Below, in pieces: positions 20,500 through 31,126 of a stretch of DNA of 64,000 nucleotides. The DNA is from Obrimoposthia wandeli (Eukaryota). Positions within the stretch are counted from its first letter, which is position 1. The number at the start of each line of letters is the position of its first letter. Position numbers and translations under genes: made by a program. Under the pieces are notes generated by a model. It did no database searches. It was given only the letters and a program-made list of their open reading frames with translations, and was not told the DNA's origin. Location: assembly GCA_977020255.1 (NCBI GenBank), contig CDROCS010000253.1, forward strand, positions 3,906,001 through 3,970,000, in the 5' to 3' direction.

Positions 20500-23400
20500 T
20501 ACGGGTTAACTCGAGCGTTTGGTATTTGTTGTACTTCACTTTTATTACTGAGATTTTTACTTCGACTTAAGAAAAAGTCGTGCTTAGAGAGCCTTAATAA
20601 ACATGGCAGTAACACTATGGTAAATATTGTACTAAATGCTAAACCACCGACGATTACCGCTGCTAAACCGCGATATATAACACTACCGGCGCCAGGCATA
20701 AGTAACAGTGGTAACATGCCAAAAAAACTAGTCGCCGTACTCATAAAAATTGGTCGTAAACGTAAGGTTAACGCTTGCTCAATAGCTTGTGTGCGTTCAA
20801 GACCATCTTGTTGGCCTAAACGCGTTTGATGTACTAATAAAATAGCGTTATTAACCACTAACCCCAGTAAAATGATAAATCCAATCATGGTCAGTAAATC
20901 AAGTGGTTGAAAAACAGTGAGGTTAAGAAGTTGCAGCGCTAAAATACCACCAACTGTGGCTAAAGGAATGGTAATAACGACCAGTAAACTATCCTTAATT
21001 GACTTGAATAAGGCAGCCATTAATAGAAACAGAATAACTAAAGCGAAAGCAAAATTTTCTGCCATAACACTAATCGCTTTATCTAGCTGGTCAGCACTGC
21101 CTCCATATTGAATATTGCCATCATCTGGCATGATATTGCGCAATTTTGGCTCTACTTGTAACTTTAATGCCGATATTGTTTCTTCTAACGACCAACCTTT
21201 AGGCGGGTTAACATTCAAACTAATGGTACGTTGTCCATCAATACGCGTTAATCGACTTGGTCCCACAGTACGTTGAATATCTACTAAGTTTGATAACGGT
21301 GTGACGCTTCCATTTCCCGTAACGACTGGCACATCTCCCAAGTTATCGGGATCATCCCAGCCATCGGCACGTAAAATCATATTCAAGCGTTTACTGCCAT
21401 TAAAATACTCTCCAACATACAGGCCATCACCCAAGGTTCTCACCACGCGACCTACATCTCGACGGTTCCAACCTTGCTCTAAAATATTACGATCGTTCGG
21501 GCTTAAGTTAATCTCTGGCTCTGACATTGAAAGACCAGGATTGGCGTTAACATTAGCCCCTTCAATCGCTTCTTTTATCCAATCCATCCCTTGGCGAGCC
21601 ACTTCTTGCAGTGCTTTGGTATCTTTAGATTGCAGATGTACCTGTACTTGTCTGCCACCACCAAAACCACCGAACAAGTTACCTTGTCTTGCAAACGCTC
21701 TCGTATCGGGTAGGTCTATTAATATTTCATTCTGAACAATGTCAAGTAGCTCATCGACTCGGTCTTGATCTTTTACCCTAACCCCTAAACTGCCGCCAAA
21801 GGGTCCACCAAAAATATAATAATTTTTCAATGCTGGCTCTTTAGTGCCATCCATATAAGGTTTCAATCGCTCGACAATTGGTTGGATAATTTCCTTCTCA
21901 ATGGTTTTAACATTTGCACCGGGTGGAAATTGTAAATTAGCATCAATCGCATCGCGCTTTACTGGCGGTAAATAATCAAGTTTTGGCATGGCAACAATAG
22001 TTATGACAACCGGTAATATTAATAGGATCGCCGCGAGTGATAGTCGTTTAGTACGACTATTAGTACTTCTCATGACCAAGCGAGTAATTCTCTGCCACAG
22101 CTTTTTATTTGGATCGTTCACTTCTTGCTGTTTTAGAAAATATTTTGCTAAAACAGGTAGCAGTACTACCGCAACGATAAGTGACACCGACACAGCAATG
22201 GCAATAGTTAAGGCTAAATCACCAAAGAGTTGTCCTTCGATATCCTTTAAAAAAAATACCGGTAGGAATATAGCAACGGTTGTTGCTGTAGAAGCAAGTA
22301 AAGCGCCCCAAACCTGCCCTGCACCTTGCTCAGCGCTGTCATGTTCATCTAAGCCTTTATCACGCATCCGTAAAATATTTTCTAATACCACAATGGCGGC
22401 ATCAAGCACCATGCCTACCGCAAAAGCTAAACCCGCTAATGAGATAACATTGAGCGACCGCCCAGTTATTTCCAAGACGATGAAAGTACTTAACAAGCTT
22501 ACTGGAATAGCCGTCGCAATGATTAACGTTGCGCGCATGCGGCGAATAAAAAACCACAAAACCGATAATGATAAAGCAACACCGACAAATAAATTACTGG
22601 TAACTAACTTAATAGCGCGGTAAATAAAGACAGACGCATCAAAAGATTGCACCATCACTAATTTTTTCTCCGCCAGCAGTTCATTATTGAGTAGTGTGAC
22701 TTCTGCTTTAACGCGATTTAACGTTTCTAAGACATTAGCGCCATTGGCTCTGTCTATACGCATTGAAAAGGCAGGGTTACCATTTTGTACAGCCAGCCCC
22801 TGTCTATCGTTGCGGCGCACCTTAACAGTAGCAATATCACTTAAACGAATATTGCGACCACCACGTGACTCAAGCATTAATTGCGATAACTCATCAACAC
22901 TGTATTTACCGCTATATCGCAAGGTATATTGGCGTCTGCCCACATCAACAAAACCACCTGATATGTCATCACTTGCAGATACTAACGCGATTAATTCTGG
23001 AATTTCGATACCATATTCTGCCGCTTTAATAGGATCGTAGCGGATTTGTAGCTCTTCTCTATTTTGCTCCATAAAAGTTTGCACGCCAGCAACCCCTTCA
23101 ACCGCTTCAAGGCGTGGCCTAATCACATCATTAGTAAAGTCGATATATTGGTTAATATCTTGAGCATTGCCCGGTAATGCTTGTAAAAAGAAATAGGTTA
23201 GCGCGGGAGTATTCCCCCCAAAGCCACCTAGCATTATTCGTGGCGGTCTTGCATCACGCGGCAAATTGGCCACACGTGTCATTCGACTTATCACTTCAAT
23301 TAAGGTTTGCTCCATATTGGTGCCAACACCAAACGACAAATTAATGTAAGCACTACCTCTATTGGCAAAAGCATTCATTGACTCTATTCCAGGAATCCCC

Positions 23401-23615
23401 CGTAACACCTGCTCTTGGGGTTCAATAATTTCTGACTCTATTTCTTTAGGTGATGCCGAGCGCCAAAACGTTTGTACCGCTATTTGGGGACGTTCAATAT
23501 CAGGAAAGAGCTGAACCGGTAATTTAAATAAACTGAGCATGCCGACAAGTAGCGTTAGAGCAACAACTACAGCAACGGCTGCCGGACTAGTTAAAGCGCT
23601 CTTGGTAAGTTTCAT
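20499..23615 (-). CDS. AcrB/MdtC-family RND transporter
   Basis: 1038 aa; GMVLDAAIVVLENI, GLVVNNAILLV and RLRPIFMST. Confidence 0.92.
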   Translation of the reverse strand: MKLTKSALTSPAAVAVVVALTLLVGMLSLFKLPVQLFPDIERPQIAVQTFWRSASPKEIESEIIEPQEQVLRGIPGIESMNAFANRGSAYINLSFGVGTNMEQTLIEVISRMTRVANLPRDARPPRIMLGGFGGNTPALTYFFLQALPGNAQDINQYIDFTNDVIRPRLEAVEGVAGVQTFMEQNREELQIRYDPIKAAEYGIEIPELIALVSASDDISGGFVDVGRRQYTLRYSGKYSVDELSQLMLESRGGRNIRLSDIATVKVRRNDRQGLAVQNGNPAFSMRIDRANGANVLETLNRVKAEVTLLNNELLAEKKLVMVQSFDASVFIYRAIKLVTSNLFVGVALSLSVLWFFIRRMRATLIIATAIPVSLLSTFIVLEITGRSLNVISLAGLAFAVGMVLDAAIVVLENILRMRDKGLDEHDSAEQGAGQVWGALLASTATTVAIFLPVFFLKDIEGQLFGDLALTIAIAVSVSLIVAVVLLPVLAKYFLKQQEVNDPNKKLWQRITRLVMRSTNSRTKRLSLAAILLILPVVITIVAMPKLDYLPPVKRDAIDANLQFPPGANVKTIEKEIIQPIVERLKPYMDGTKEPALKNYYIFGGPFGGSLGVRVKDQDRVDELLDIVQNEILIDLPDTRAFARQGNLFGGFGGGRQVQVHLQSKDTKALQEVARQGMDWIKEAIEGANVNANPGLSMSEPEINLSPNDRNILEQGWNRRDVGRVVRTLGDGLYVGEYFNGSKRLNMILRADGWDDPDNLGDVPVVTGNGSVTPLSNLVDIQRTVGPSRLTRIDGQRTISLNVNPPKGWSLEETISALKLQVEPKLRNIMPDDGNIQYGGSADQLDKAISVMAENFAFALVILFLLMAALFKSIKDSLLVVITIPLATVGGILALQLLNLTVFQPLDLLTMIGFIILLGLVVNNAILLVHQTRLGQQDGLERTQAIEQALTLRLRPIFMSTATSFFGMLPLLLMPGAGSVIYRGLAAVIVGGLAFSTIFTIVLLPCLLRLSKHDFFLSRSKNLSNKSEVQQIPNARVNP

Positions 23616-23892
23616 TGCGATTCCAACGTTGGGTTACATTATTTAACAATCAAGATACAAGTCCTCCATAATAAAGAAAGTGAGCTTGCGGTTAATCGAG
23701 ATAAAAACACGACCAATGACCAGAGCGAAACGCTTTGAAATTACCTGACATAATTAGACATATTTAGTAGTGGTTTTGAAATAAGTAAGGAAAACATTGA
23801 AAAATCAGATTACGTGCAATAATTTAGGTTGAATTGTAGAGATGCTGTTCTATTGATTGGTAACACAATAAGCTATAATCAACACAACTTTT

Positions 23893-24978
23893 TTGTTCAA
23901 ATTATCGACTATTATGAGATCAGTATTTTCAATTGGGCTTTACCTACTTCTATTATCACTTTCGCTTTATACGCAAGCCTTTTCATCTGAAGGTGATAGT
24001 AGTAACGTCATAGCTGAATCACAAGAAACAACCTTTGAAACGTGTTTATTTAAAACGATTAAAAGTGCTGATAAAGGTGCTACCCTTGCAGAAATAGAAA
24101 CACAATGCGAACAGCAGATAGCGCGTAGTATTCTCAAAGATAGCAGCGAAGAAGATATTGAATTAGGTGCCCTATCCCATAGAATAATTAAAGAAAAAAG
24201 AACTGCTGCTGATCCTTATGTTCTAACTCCCCATAAAATGAATTACATTCTGCCTTTTTCGATAGTTGATAATATTAACCGTGACGCCTATCAAGAGTTT
24301 TCAACATGGGCAGAGGATTTAAAAGATGCTGAGGCAAAGTTTCAAATAAGTCTTAAAATCCCCCTTCTGACCAGTGCTTTACTCAGAAAGGGCGACCAAA
24401 TTTTTTTTGGTTTTACCTTACAATCATGGTGGCAAATTTATGCGGCTGAAATTTCTAAACCCTTTAGAGAAACAAATTATCAACCTGAGTTTTTCTATTT
24501 AACTCCCTTTAATTTCCACCCTTTTGGCGGTAATTCAGCATTAGTCATTGGCGTAGAGCATCAGTCGAACGGACGTTCACAGTTACTCTCTAGAGGCTGG
24601 AATCGTGTTTATGTAAACTACCTTTATGAAAAACGTAATTTTGCCCTATCATTTCGCCCATGGTATCGCGTTCCTGAAGGTGAGAAATCTTCTCCAACAA
24701 GTGGTGAGGGCGATGACAATCCCGATATTTTAGATTACATGGGTCACTTTGAATTAGGCATGGCGTACAAACATAGTAAGAATTTTGAATTCTCTTTTAA
24801 GGGCCGTGAAAATTTTGCCACACACAATGGCTTTATTGAAGTTGGCGCTACTTTTCCATTGTGGGGAAAGTTAAAAGGCTACGCGCAATTTAGTAGTGGT
24901 TATGGCGAGAGTTTAATTGATTACAATATTAACCAAAAGCGCTTTGGTATCGGTATTGCGCTAACGAATTTACTTTAA
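23893..24978 (+). CDS. pldA: Outer-membrane phospholipase A
   Basis: HQSNG catalytic motif, FRETNYQPE and GYGESLIDYN. Confidence 0.92.
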   Translation: MFKLSTIMRSVFSIGLYLLLLSLSLYTQAFSSEGDSSNVIAESQETTFETCLFKTIKSADKGATLAEIETQCEQQIARSILKDSSEEDIELGALSHRIIKEKRTAADPYVLTPHKMNYILPFSIVDNINRDAYQEFSTWAEDLKDAEAKFQISLKIPLLTSALLRKGDQIFFGFTLQSWWQIYAAEISKPFRETNYQPEFFYLTPFNFHPFGGNSALVIGVEHQSNGRSQLLSRGWNRVYVNYLYEKRNFALSFRPWYRVPEGEKSSPTSGEGDDNPDILDYMGHFELGMAYKHSKNFEFSFKGRENFATHNGFIEVGATFPLWGKLKGYAQFSSGYGESLIDYNINQKRFGIGIALTNLL

Positions 24979-24992
24979 ACTATTCATCATTA

Positions 24993-25178
24993 TATACCCG
25001 CCCCACTTGAAAGTGCTCGTTTCAGGAAACCTGAGGGAATCATAATCAAGGCATATTTTTTTATTAAGGGTCACTCGGGAGAATGTGCTCCTGAATAACC
25101 ATTCTCTTCAATCAATACCTTGCCTAAAGGCGTTTATAATTCCAGCTGAATCCTGCATCTTCGAGTGGAACGGGTATA
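24993..25178 (+). mobile_element. ERIC-like MITE type 1, internally deleted
   Basis: Same TIRs as 2546-2860; lacks ~130 bp between GTGCTCCTG and AATAAC. Confidence 0.85.
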
Positions 25179-25187
25179 TAGTTAAAA

Positions 25188-25228
25188 AATAGCGCAGTAA
25201 GCTGTTATCCAACAGTTACTGCGCTATT
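25188..25228. terminator. Hairpin between convergent pldA and czcA
   Basis: AATAGCGCAGTAA ... TTACTGCGCTATT, 13-bp perfect arms. Confidence 0.7.
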
Positions 25229-25274
25229 CATTATTACTCTATTAACTATGCCCTTTTAGTTATTGCTCAGTTAA

Positions 25275-28200
25275 CTAGCTGCGTTTAAAGCTACCTTGGT
25301 GCGCAATACGATAGAGTATTGGCAATACCAATAAAGTAAGCAAAGTAGACGAGATAATTCCACCAATCACTACGGTGGCTAATGGTCGCTGTACTTCTGC
25401 ACCAGTGCCTATATTAAGCGCCATAGGAACAAAACCAAGTCCCGCGACTAAAGCAGTCATCAAAACAGGTCTTAATCTGATCATCGCGCCATCAATAATC
25501 CCAGAAATAAGTTCTCCACGTTCTTTACATAAGTCACGAATAAAAGAGAGCATGACTAAACCATTGAGCACAGCGACACCAGAAAGTGCAATGAAACCGA
25601 CACCTGCAGAAATAGACAAGGGCATCTCACGAAACCACAAAGCAAGAACACCACCAGTAAGCGCTAATGGGATACCTGTAAATATAATCAAAGCATCTTT
25701 TAAATTGCCAAATGCCATGATTAACAATCCTAAAATCAATGCTAAGGTTAATGGAACAACAATGGTTAAACGTTTACTAGCCGATTCTAATTGCTCAAAG
25801 GCGCCGCCGTATTCGAGCCAATAACCAGCAGGTATATCAACATTATCTTGGATTTGTTGTTTAGCCTTTTTAACAAACGAGCCTAAATCAGTACCACGTA
25901 CATTGGCGGTTACCACGATACGTCGTTTACCATTTTCTCGACTTATTTGATTAGGTGCAGGCGCTAGCTCCAATACAGCGATTTCAGACAATGGAACATA
26001 TTTACCATTAGGCAAAGCAATTGGCAGTTCGCTTAATCTATTAACATTTTGTCTAACATGCTCAGGGAGTCTTACTACGATATCAAAACGGCGATCACCC
26101 TCATAAATCACCCCTGCTTTTTCACCACCAATGGCTGTAGATAAAGCATATTGTAGTTGTGAAACATTAAGACCATAACGCGCAAGTTCAACCCTTTTGG
26201 GGTGTATTGATAACATTGGCAACCCTGTAACTTGTTCAACTTGAATATCACTAGCGCCGTCAATTTTTTCTATCACTTCTCGAATGGCATTCGCTGATTT
26301 GAGTAACTGGTCTAGATCATCACCAATAACTTTGATGCCTAAATCTGCCCTCACACCAGAAATCAACTCATTAAAACGCATTTCAATGGGCTGGGTTAGC
26401 TCAAAATTGTTACCTGGTTGTCCTGAAACTGACTCAACAATTTGTGCAGCCAATTCACCATGACTTAACCTCGGTTCAGGCCATTGACTCCGTGGTATTA
26501 GCATCACATAGGTATCAGCAATATTAGGTGGCATCGGATCATTCGCCACTTCAGGAGTACCAATCCTAGAGAATACATTTTTAACTTGAGGGAATTGCTG
26601 TATTTTTAATTCCAGCGATTTTTGCATTTCAATTGACTGACTCAAACTCGTACCTGGAATACGGATCGCTTGAAGTAATAAGTCTTCTTCATTAAGCTGT
26701 GGAATAAATTCAGAACCAAGTGTAGTAGCTAACCAAACAGAGAAAGCAACCAAAGCAGCACAAGCGAATAAAATAATCCAACGTAGTTTCATTGCACCAA
26801 CAAGTAGTGGTTTGTACATAGACTTAGCAGCACTGATAACTGGACTTTCTTTTTCACTGATTTTACCCGTCATAAATAGGGCAACCGCAGCAGGGACTAG
26901 GGTTAATGACAATACAAGCGCAGCAATCAATGCCATCACCACTGTTGCCGCCATAGGGTGAAACATTTTTCCTTCAACGCCTGTTAAACTAAATAATGGA
27001 ATGTAAACGATAGTAATAATAAAAACACCAAATAAGCTCGGCCTGATCACTTCATTCGTTGCCGAATAAACAACCTTTAACCGATCTTTTCTTGTAAGAA
27101 TACCGCCATGACTTTTTTGGGCATCGCTTAATCGTCTAATGGAGTTTTCAACAATGATCACTGCACCATCAACAATTAAACCAAAATCAAGTGCGCCAAG
27201 ACTCATTAAGTTGGCTGAAACACCTGTTTTCACCATACCTGTGATAGTTGCTAACATCGCTAAGGGAATTACTGCAGCAGTAATTAATGCTGCTCGAACA
27301 TTTCCGAGTAGCAAAAATAATACAACAATGACCAACAAAGCACCTTCAACTAAGTTTTTTTGTACTGTGTACATGGCTTTATCAACCAGCGTTGTTCGGT
27401 CGTATACTGACTCAACGATAACCCCTTCAGGTAATGACGATTTGATTTGCTCTAGTTTTTTAGCGACAGCTAAAGCAACCACGCGAGAGTTCTCACCCAC
27501 CAACATCATGGCACTGCCGAGTACTATTTCTTTGCCCGCGGATGTTGCAGCACCCGTGCGTAATGATTTACCGATGGCAACTTGGGCAATATCTGATATT
27601 TGCACTGGGGTATCATCAATGACTTTGACAATCACTTGTTCTATGTCATTAATATTGACAAGTTGGCCCGGCGATCTAACCGTAAGTTGCTGACCATTTT
27701 GCTCTATGTAACCGGCCCCACGATTGCTATTATTATTATTTAAAGCGACATTGATATCGTTAAAAGAGATTGAAAAATCGAGCATTTTTTCAGGTGATGG
27801 CGTGATATGGTATTGTTTGTCATAACCTCCTATCGTATTAATCTCAGTAACGCCAGGCACCAATGCTAGTTGAGGTTTAATAATCCAATCTTGAATTTCC
27901 CGCAAAGCCGTTGAATCATAGGGTAAACCGTCTGCTTTTAATGCTTGTGGTGATGCCACCACGCTATACATGAAGATTTCCCCAAGTCCCGTTGATATCG
28001 GCCCCATTTCAGGCTCTAGGCCCGCAGGAATTTTATTCTTAATGGTGTTTAACTTTTCGTTAATCAGATTACGGGCAAAATATAAGTCAGTGTCTTCACT
28101 GAAAACAACCGTGACCTGCGATAAACCATAACGTGATATGGAACGCGTATAAGACAAATTTGGAATGCCAGTAAGCGCAGTTTCCACAGGAAAAGTAATG

Positions 28201-28391
28201 CGCTGCTCAGTTTCAAGTGGTGAGTAACCTGGCGCACGGGTATTAATTTGTACTTGAACATTAGTAATATCAGGCACTGCGTCTATGGGAAGTTTTTGAT
28301 AACTCCAATAACCAAGACCAATGAGTGCAAATATCATGGTCATCATTAGCCAGCGACGCGCTATAGAGAAACGCAATATAGATTCAATCAT
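25275..28391 (-). CDS. czcA: CzcA-type heavy-metal RND transporter
   Basis: IDAVPDITNVQV and TM4 DFGLIVDGAVIIVEN (CzcA-type motif). Confidence 0.9.
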   Translation of the reverse strand: MIESILRFSIARRWLMMTMIFALIGLGYWSYQKLPIDAVPDITNVQVQINTRAPGYSPLETEQRITFPVETALTGIPNLSYTRSISRYGLSQVTVVFSEDTDLYFARNLINEKLNTIKNKIPAGLEPEMGPISTGLGEIFMYSVVASPQALKADGLPYDSTALREIQDWIIKPQLALVPGVTEINTIGGYDKQYHITPSPEKMLDFSISFNDINVALNNNNSNRGAGYIEQNGQQLTVRSPGQLVNINDIEQVIVKVIDDTPVQISDIAQVAIGKSLRTGAATSAGKEIVLGSAMMLVGENSRVVALAVAKKLEQIKSSLPEGVIVESVYDRTTLVDKAMYTVQKNLVEGALLVIVVLFLLLGNVRAALITAAVIPLAMLATITGMVKTGVSANLMSLGALDFGLIVDGAVIIVENSIRRLSDAQKSHGGILTRKDRLKVVYSATNEVIRPSLFGVFIITIVYIPLFSLTGVEGKMFHPMAATVVMALIAALVLSLTLVPAAVALFMTGKISEKESPVISAAKSMYKPLLVGAMKLRWIILFACAALVAFSVWLATTLGSEFIPQLNEEDLLLQAIRIPGTSLSQSIEMQKSLELKIQQFPQVKNVFSRIGTPEVANDPMPPNIADTYVMLIPRSQWPEPRLSHGELAAQIVESVSGQPGNNFELTQPIEMRFNELISGVRADLGIKVIGDDLDQLLKSANAIREVIEKIDGASDIQVEQVTGLPMLSIHPKRVELARYGLNVSQLQYALSTAIGGEKAGVIYEGDRRFDIVVRLPEHVRQNVNRLSELPIALPNGKYVPLSEIAVLELAPAPNQISRENGKRRIVVTANVRGTDLGSFVKKAKQQIQDNVDIPAGYWLEYGGAFEQLESASKRLTIVVPLTLALILGLLIMAFGNLKDALIIFTGIPLALTGGVLALWFREMPLSISAGVGFIALSGVAVLNGLVMLSFIRDLCKERGELISGIIDGAMIRLRPVLMTALVAGLGFVPMALNIGTGAEVQRPLATVVIGGIISSTLLTLLVLPILYRIAHQGSFKRS

Positions 28392-28401
28392 GTTTATCTC
28401 C

Positions 28402-29406
28402 TTAGTGAGCGTGCGATGCGCCAGCTTTACCTAAATCGGATTTTAGCAAATAGCTATTCATAAGCGCGTACTGTTCACCAGCTTTTAAACCTGAAATCAC
28501 TTGACTAAATTGCCCATCAGTCTGACCAAGTTGTAGTTCTCGCGTTTCATAGCCGCCTTCATTTGTCACGAAGATGATATTTTTTCCTTCAATTTCTTGA
28601 AAGGCACGATTATCAACCACTAGGCTGACATCCACTTGGTGAGTTACTATGCTGCCCGTTAACATTTGTCCTGGTGCCCATAAACCCGTGCTATTATCTA
28701 ATGCCACTCTTGCGGTTATAAACGGCTGCTTCTTATTGGCCATTAAATACATAATGTTTGATTTTGTTGTAGCAACTGTTGAAGAAATAGTAACTTGCTG
28801 ACCTTTGCTAATGACTTGTCGTTGACTTGGAAATATTTTGTATTCAACCCATAACTGCTTATAGTTTTCGACAGTTAGTAGCGGTTGTTGATTGGCCAAT
28901 TCTCCGGGGTTAGCATGGCGTTTGGTTATCACACCTGAAATAGGTGCGGTAATGTTATAACGCGTTAAACTATCGCTTGATTCAACTTGAACAATGTTTT
29001 CACCCGCAGTAACAATATCGCCAACGTTAACGGTTAAATGAGTGATCATTCCAGGAAAGCGGGCGTGCACCTGACTTATTGCACTTGAGTCAATCACCGT
29101 TCGACCATAGACAGTTATCATTTTTTTGATTTGACCTGCATTTGCCGTACCATTGATGATACCTGCTTTTTGCGCATTAGCTTTTGTAATTTCAATATGC
29201 CCATCTTCTTCACCATGTTCATCTTTGTGTTCGCTTTTATGCTCATTTTTATGACCATGGTCATCTGCTGCCATTGCATGGGAACTGATGGCTATGCTGC
29301 CTAACGCAGTTGCTAATAAAAATATAACACTAGGATTTACACTATTTTTAATCGCTTTTTTGTAACCAGTTACTTTGTGACTAGTTTCTCTTTGAAAAAT
29401 TGTCAT
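28402..29406 (-). CDS. czcB: CzcB-type MFP with His-rich segments
   Basis: DDHGHKNEHKSEHKDEH, C-terminal SHAH and MFP fold motifs. Start moved to the Met at 29406. Confidence 0.85.
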   Translation of the reverse strand: MTIFQRETSHKVTGYKKAIKNSVNPSVIFLLATALGSIAISSHAMAADDHGHKNEHKSEHKDEHGEEDGHIEITKANAQKAGIINGTANAGQIKKMITVYGRTVIDSSAISQVHARFPGMITHLTVNVGDIVTAGENIVQVESSDSLTRYNITAPISGVITKRHANPGELANQQPLLTVENYKQLWVEYKIFPSQRQVISKGQQVTISSTVATTKSNIMYLMANKKQPFITARVALDNSTGLWAPGQMLTGSIVTHQVDVSLVVDNRAFQEIEGKNIIFVTNEGGYETRELQLGQTDGQFSQVISGLKAGEQYALMNSYLLKSDLGKAGASHAH

Positions 29407-29416
29407 GAAAAACACC

Positions 29417-30790
29417 TTAAAATGCTTTTTTATTGATGAAGTTGCTTGGTTGCACATGACTGCTCTGTGAAGCAGACAATGGCTCAGCGATAAGTTGTTC
29501 TATTTGTGTGCCATAACGTAAAGCCGCTGCTGCAGATTCAATCATGGCGCGACGAGCAAAGAGCAATTCCTGCCTTGCACTTAAATAATCCAAATAACTA
29601 TAACGGCCGCGTTGGTAGGCTATCTGAGTCTCATTTAACGCCTCTGTTAATGTAGGAACAATGCTATTCCTCAAGCTTTGTGCAGTAAAAATGGCCTGTT
29701 TCCTGTTCGCATAAGCTCGATATAACTGGTTATGTAACGCTAGCATTGTGGCTGCTCTTTTAACGATAACTTCGTCATGCGCGGCTTGTGCAGAACTAAT
29801 AGCACCGGCATTTCGTTTTGAAGAAAACAACGGCATGCTAAACCCAGCAGTTAACGCCGTATCATTTAACACTTGGATTTGCTTAATACCCACCGACCAC
29901 TTTATATCTGCATTGGACTCTGTGCGTGCTAATCTCAACTGAGCCTCTCTTAATCGTTCTTGAGTGGCATAAATTAAAATTTCAGGGTTTTTCTTTACTT
30001 TCGCTAGTAACACTTCAAATTTAATATCCGTTGCAAACTGATATAAATTTCCCTCAACGCGAGTAAATGATGGCGTAGTTTCATTCCACATCATCGCGAG
30101 AGCAACTTTTGCGTAGTCCAGCTGTTGTTGCTCAGACGAGGTTGTAAGTCTGGCATTACCTACTGCGGCCTGTGCTCTTTTTATTTCTGCTGCTGGTGCA
30201 ACACCAGCTCTCAAGCGTTTTTCAACTTCGGTTAACGTGTCCTCAGCCAGTAATATTGCCTCTTTTGCTAATAACAAACGCTCTTGTGCAGCAATTATGT
30301 CAATATACCGACGAGTCACTTCACCTAGCACATTCAGTGCTTCAATTTCACGCATTGCCGCAATTTGTGAACTACGGCCACTAATAACACCAGCACGCGC
30401 TTTTCTTTTATCCCCCAGTTCTAAAATAGAAGAAAGCGACAATGTGAATTCTGTACTATTGAAAACGCCTATATCACCAGTGCCAGCAAAATTCTCCATT
30501 TCAAAACCAACCTCATAAGCGGGTTTTAAGCTTTGACTTTGCAACTGACCTTCAAGAGCCTTCTGGCGAAACTTAAATACCTTAAGTGAGGGATTATCTT
30601 TAAACGTTCGTTTTACCGCTGAAGAAAGTGTTAAGACCTTTTCTTCAGACATTTTCATTTCATTTTTACTGTGCACCAAAGGGCTAAATGCCCAACAAAA
30701 AAGAATAAATAATTGAAGGTAAAACACCCTCGTTGAAGATAACCAAGACATGTTTATTGTCTTTGGAGGCACATTACTAAAATAATGCAT
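29417..30790 (-). CDS. czcC: CzcC/TolC-family outer-membrane channel
   Basis: Two OEP repeats and YQRGRYSYLDYL; first intact gene of the operon. Confidence 0.85.
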   Translation of the reverse strand: MHYFSNVPPKTINMSWLSSTRVFYLQLFILFCWAFSPLVHSKNEMKMSEEKVLTLSSAVKRTFKDNPSLKVFKFRQKALEGQLQSQSLKPAYEVGFEMENFAGTGDIGVFNSTEFTLSLSSILELGDKRKARAGVISGRSSQIAAMREIEALNVLGEVTRRYIDIIAAQERLLLAKEAILLAEDTLTEVEKRLRAGVAPAAEIKRAQAAVGNARLTTSSEQQQLDYAKVALAMMWNETTPSFTRVEGNLYQFATDIKFEVLLAKVKKNPEILIYATQERLREAQLRLARTESNADIKWSVGIKQIQVLNDTALTAGFSMPLFSSKRNAGAISSAQAAHDEVIVKRAATMLALHNQLYRAYANRKQAIFTAQSLRNSIVPTLTEALNETQIAYQRGRYSYLDYLSARQELLFARRAMIESAAAALRYGTQIEQLIAEPLSASQSSHVQPSNFINKKAF

Positions 30791-30799
30791 CTGTATTTC

Positions 30800-31049
30800 C
30801 TATTTTTTGATAAATATATTACAGGTATTTTGTAAAATACCTGTGGAGTTAAAAAAGCTTATAAACATACACTTATGGAGGGCGAAGAAGTCATAAAACA
30901 TATCGAGAGAATCGGCAAGTAAACCACTAGAATTTGCTAACCAACCCACAATAAATTCTAGAAAACAGACTAAAGTTAAGGTTAAGTACAATCCAGAGTA
31001 GCTTTCTTTCACTAGCATTTTTTGCTTCTGCAGCACAAAAACTTGACAT
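30800..31049 (-). pseudogene. Frameshifted, truncated CDF (CzcD-like) cation transporter
   Basis: ATG at 31049 reads MSSFCAAEAKNASERKLLWIVLNLNFSLF. A +1 T then shifts to LEFIVGWLANSSGLLADSLDMFYD, and similarity ends there. Confidence 0.75.
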
Positions 31050-31090
31050 AATAAGCGCCTTTATTCTTGAATAAGGTATTTAATTGAGCC

Positions 31091-31121
31091 ATGATAAACC
31101 TTACTGTTGGAGTAAGGTCAA
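31091..31121 (-). promoter_or_regulatory. MerR-type promoter with operator
   Basis: Minus strand TTGACC-N19-TATCAT with the dyad ACCTTACT-N5-AGTAAGGT (31098-31118) in the spacer. Confidence 0.88.
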
Positions 31122-31126
31122 GCGTT

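Noticed and set aside
20228-23040. Long plus-strand ORFs (20228, 20473, 20917, 21301, 21988, 22687)
   Set aside because: Antisense shadows of the RND/MFP genes, with no RBS or recognisable motif.
25375-30518. Plus-strand ORFs 25375, 27139, 28064, 29748, 30172 and 30237
   Set aside because: Antisense shadows of czcCBA.
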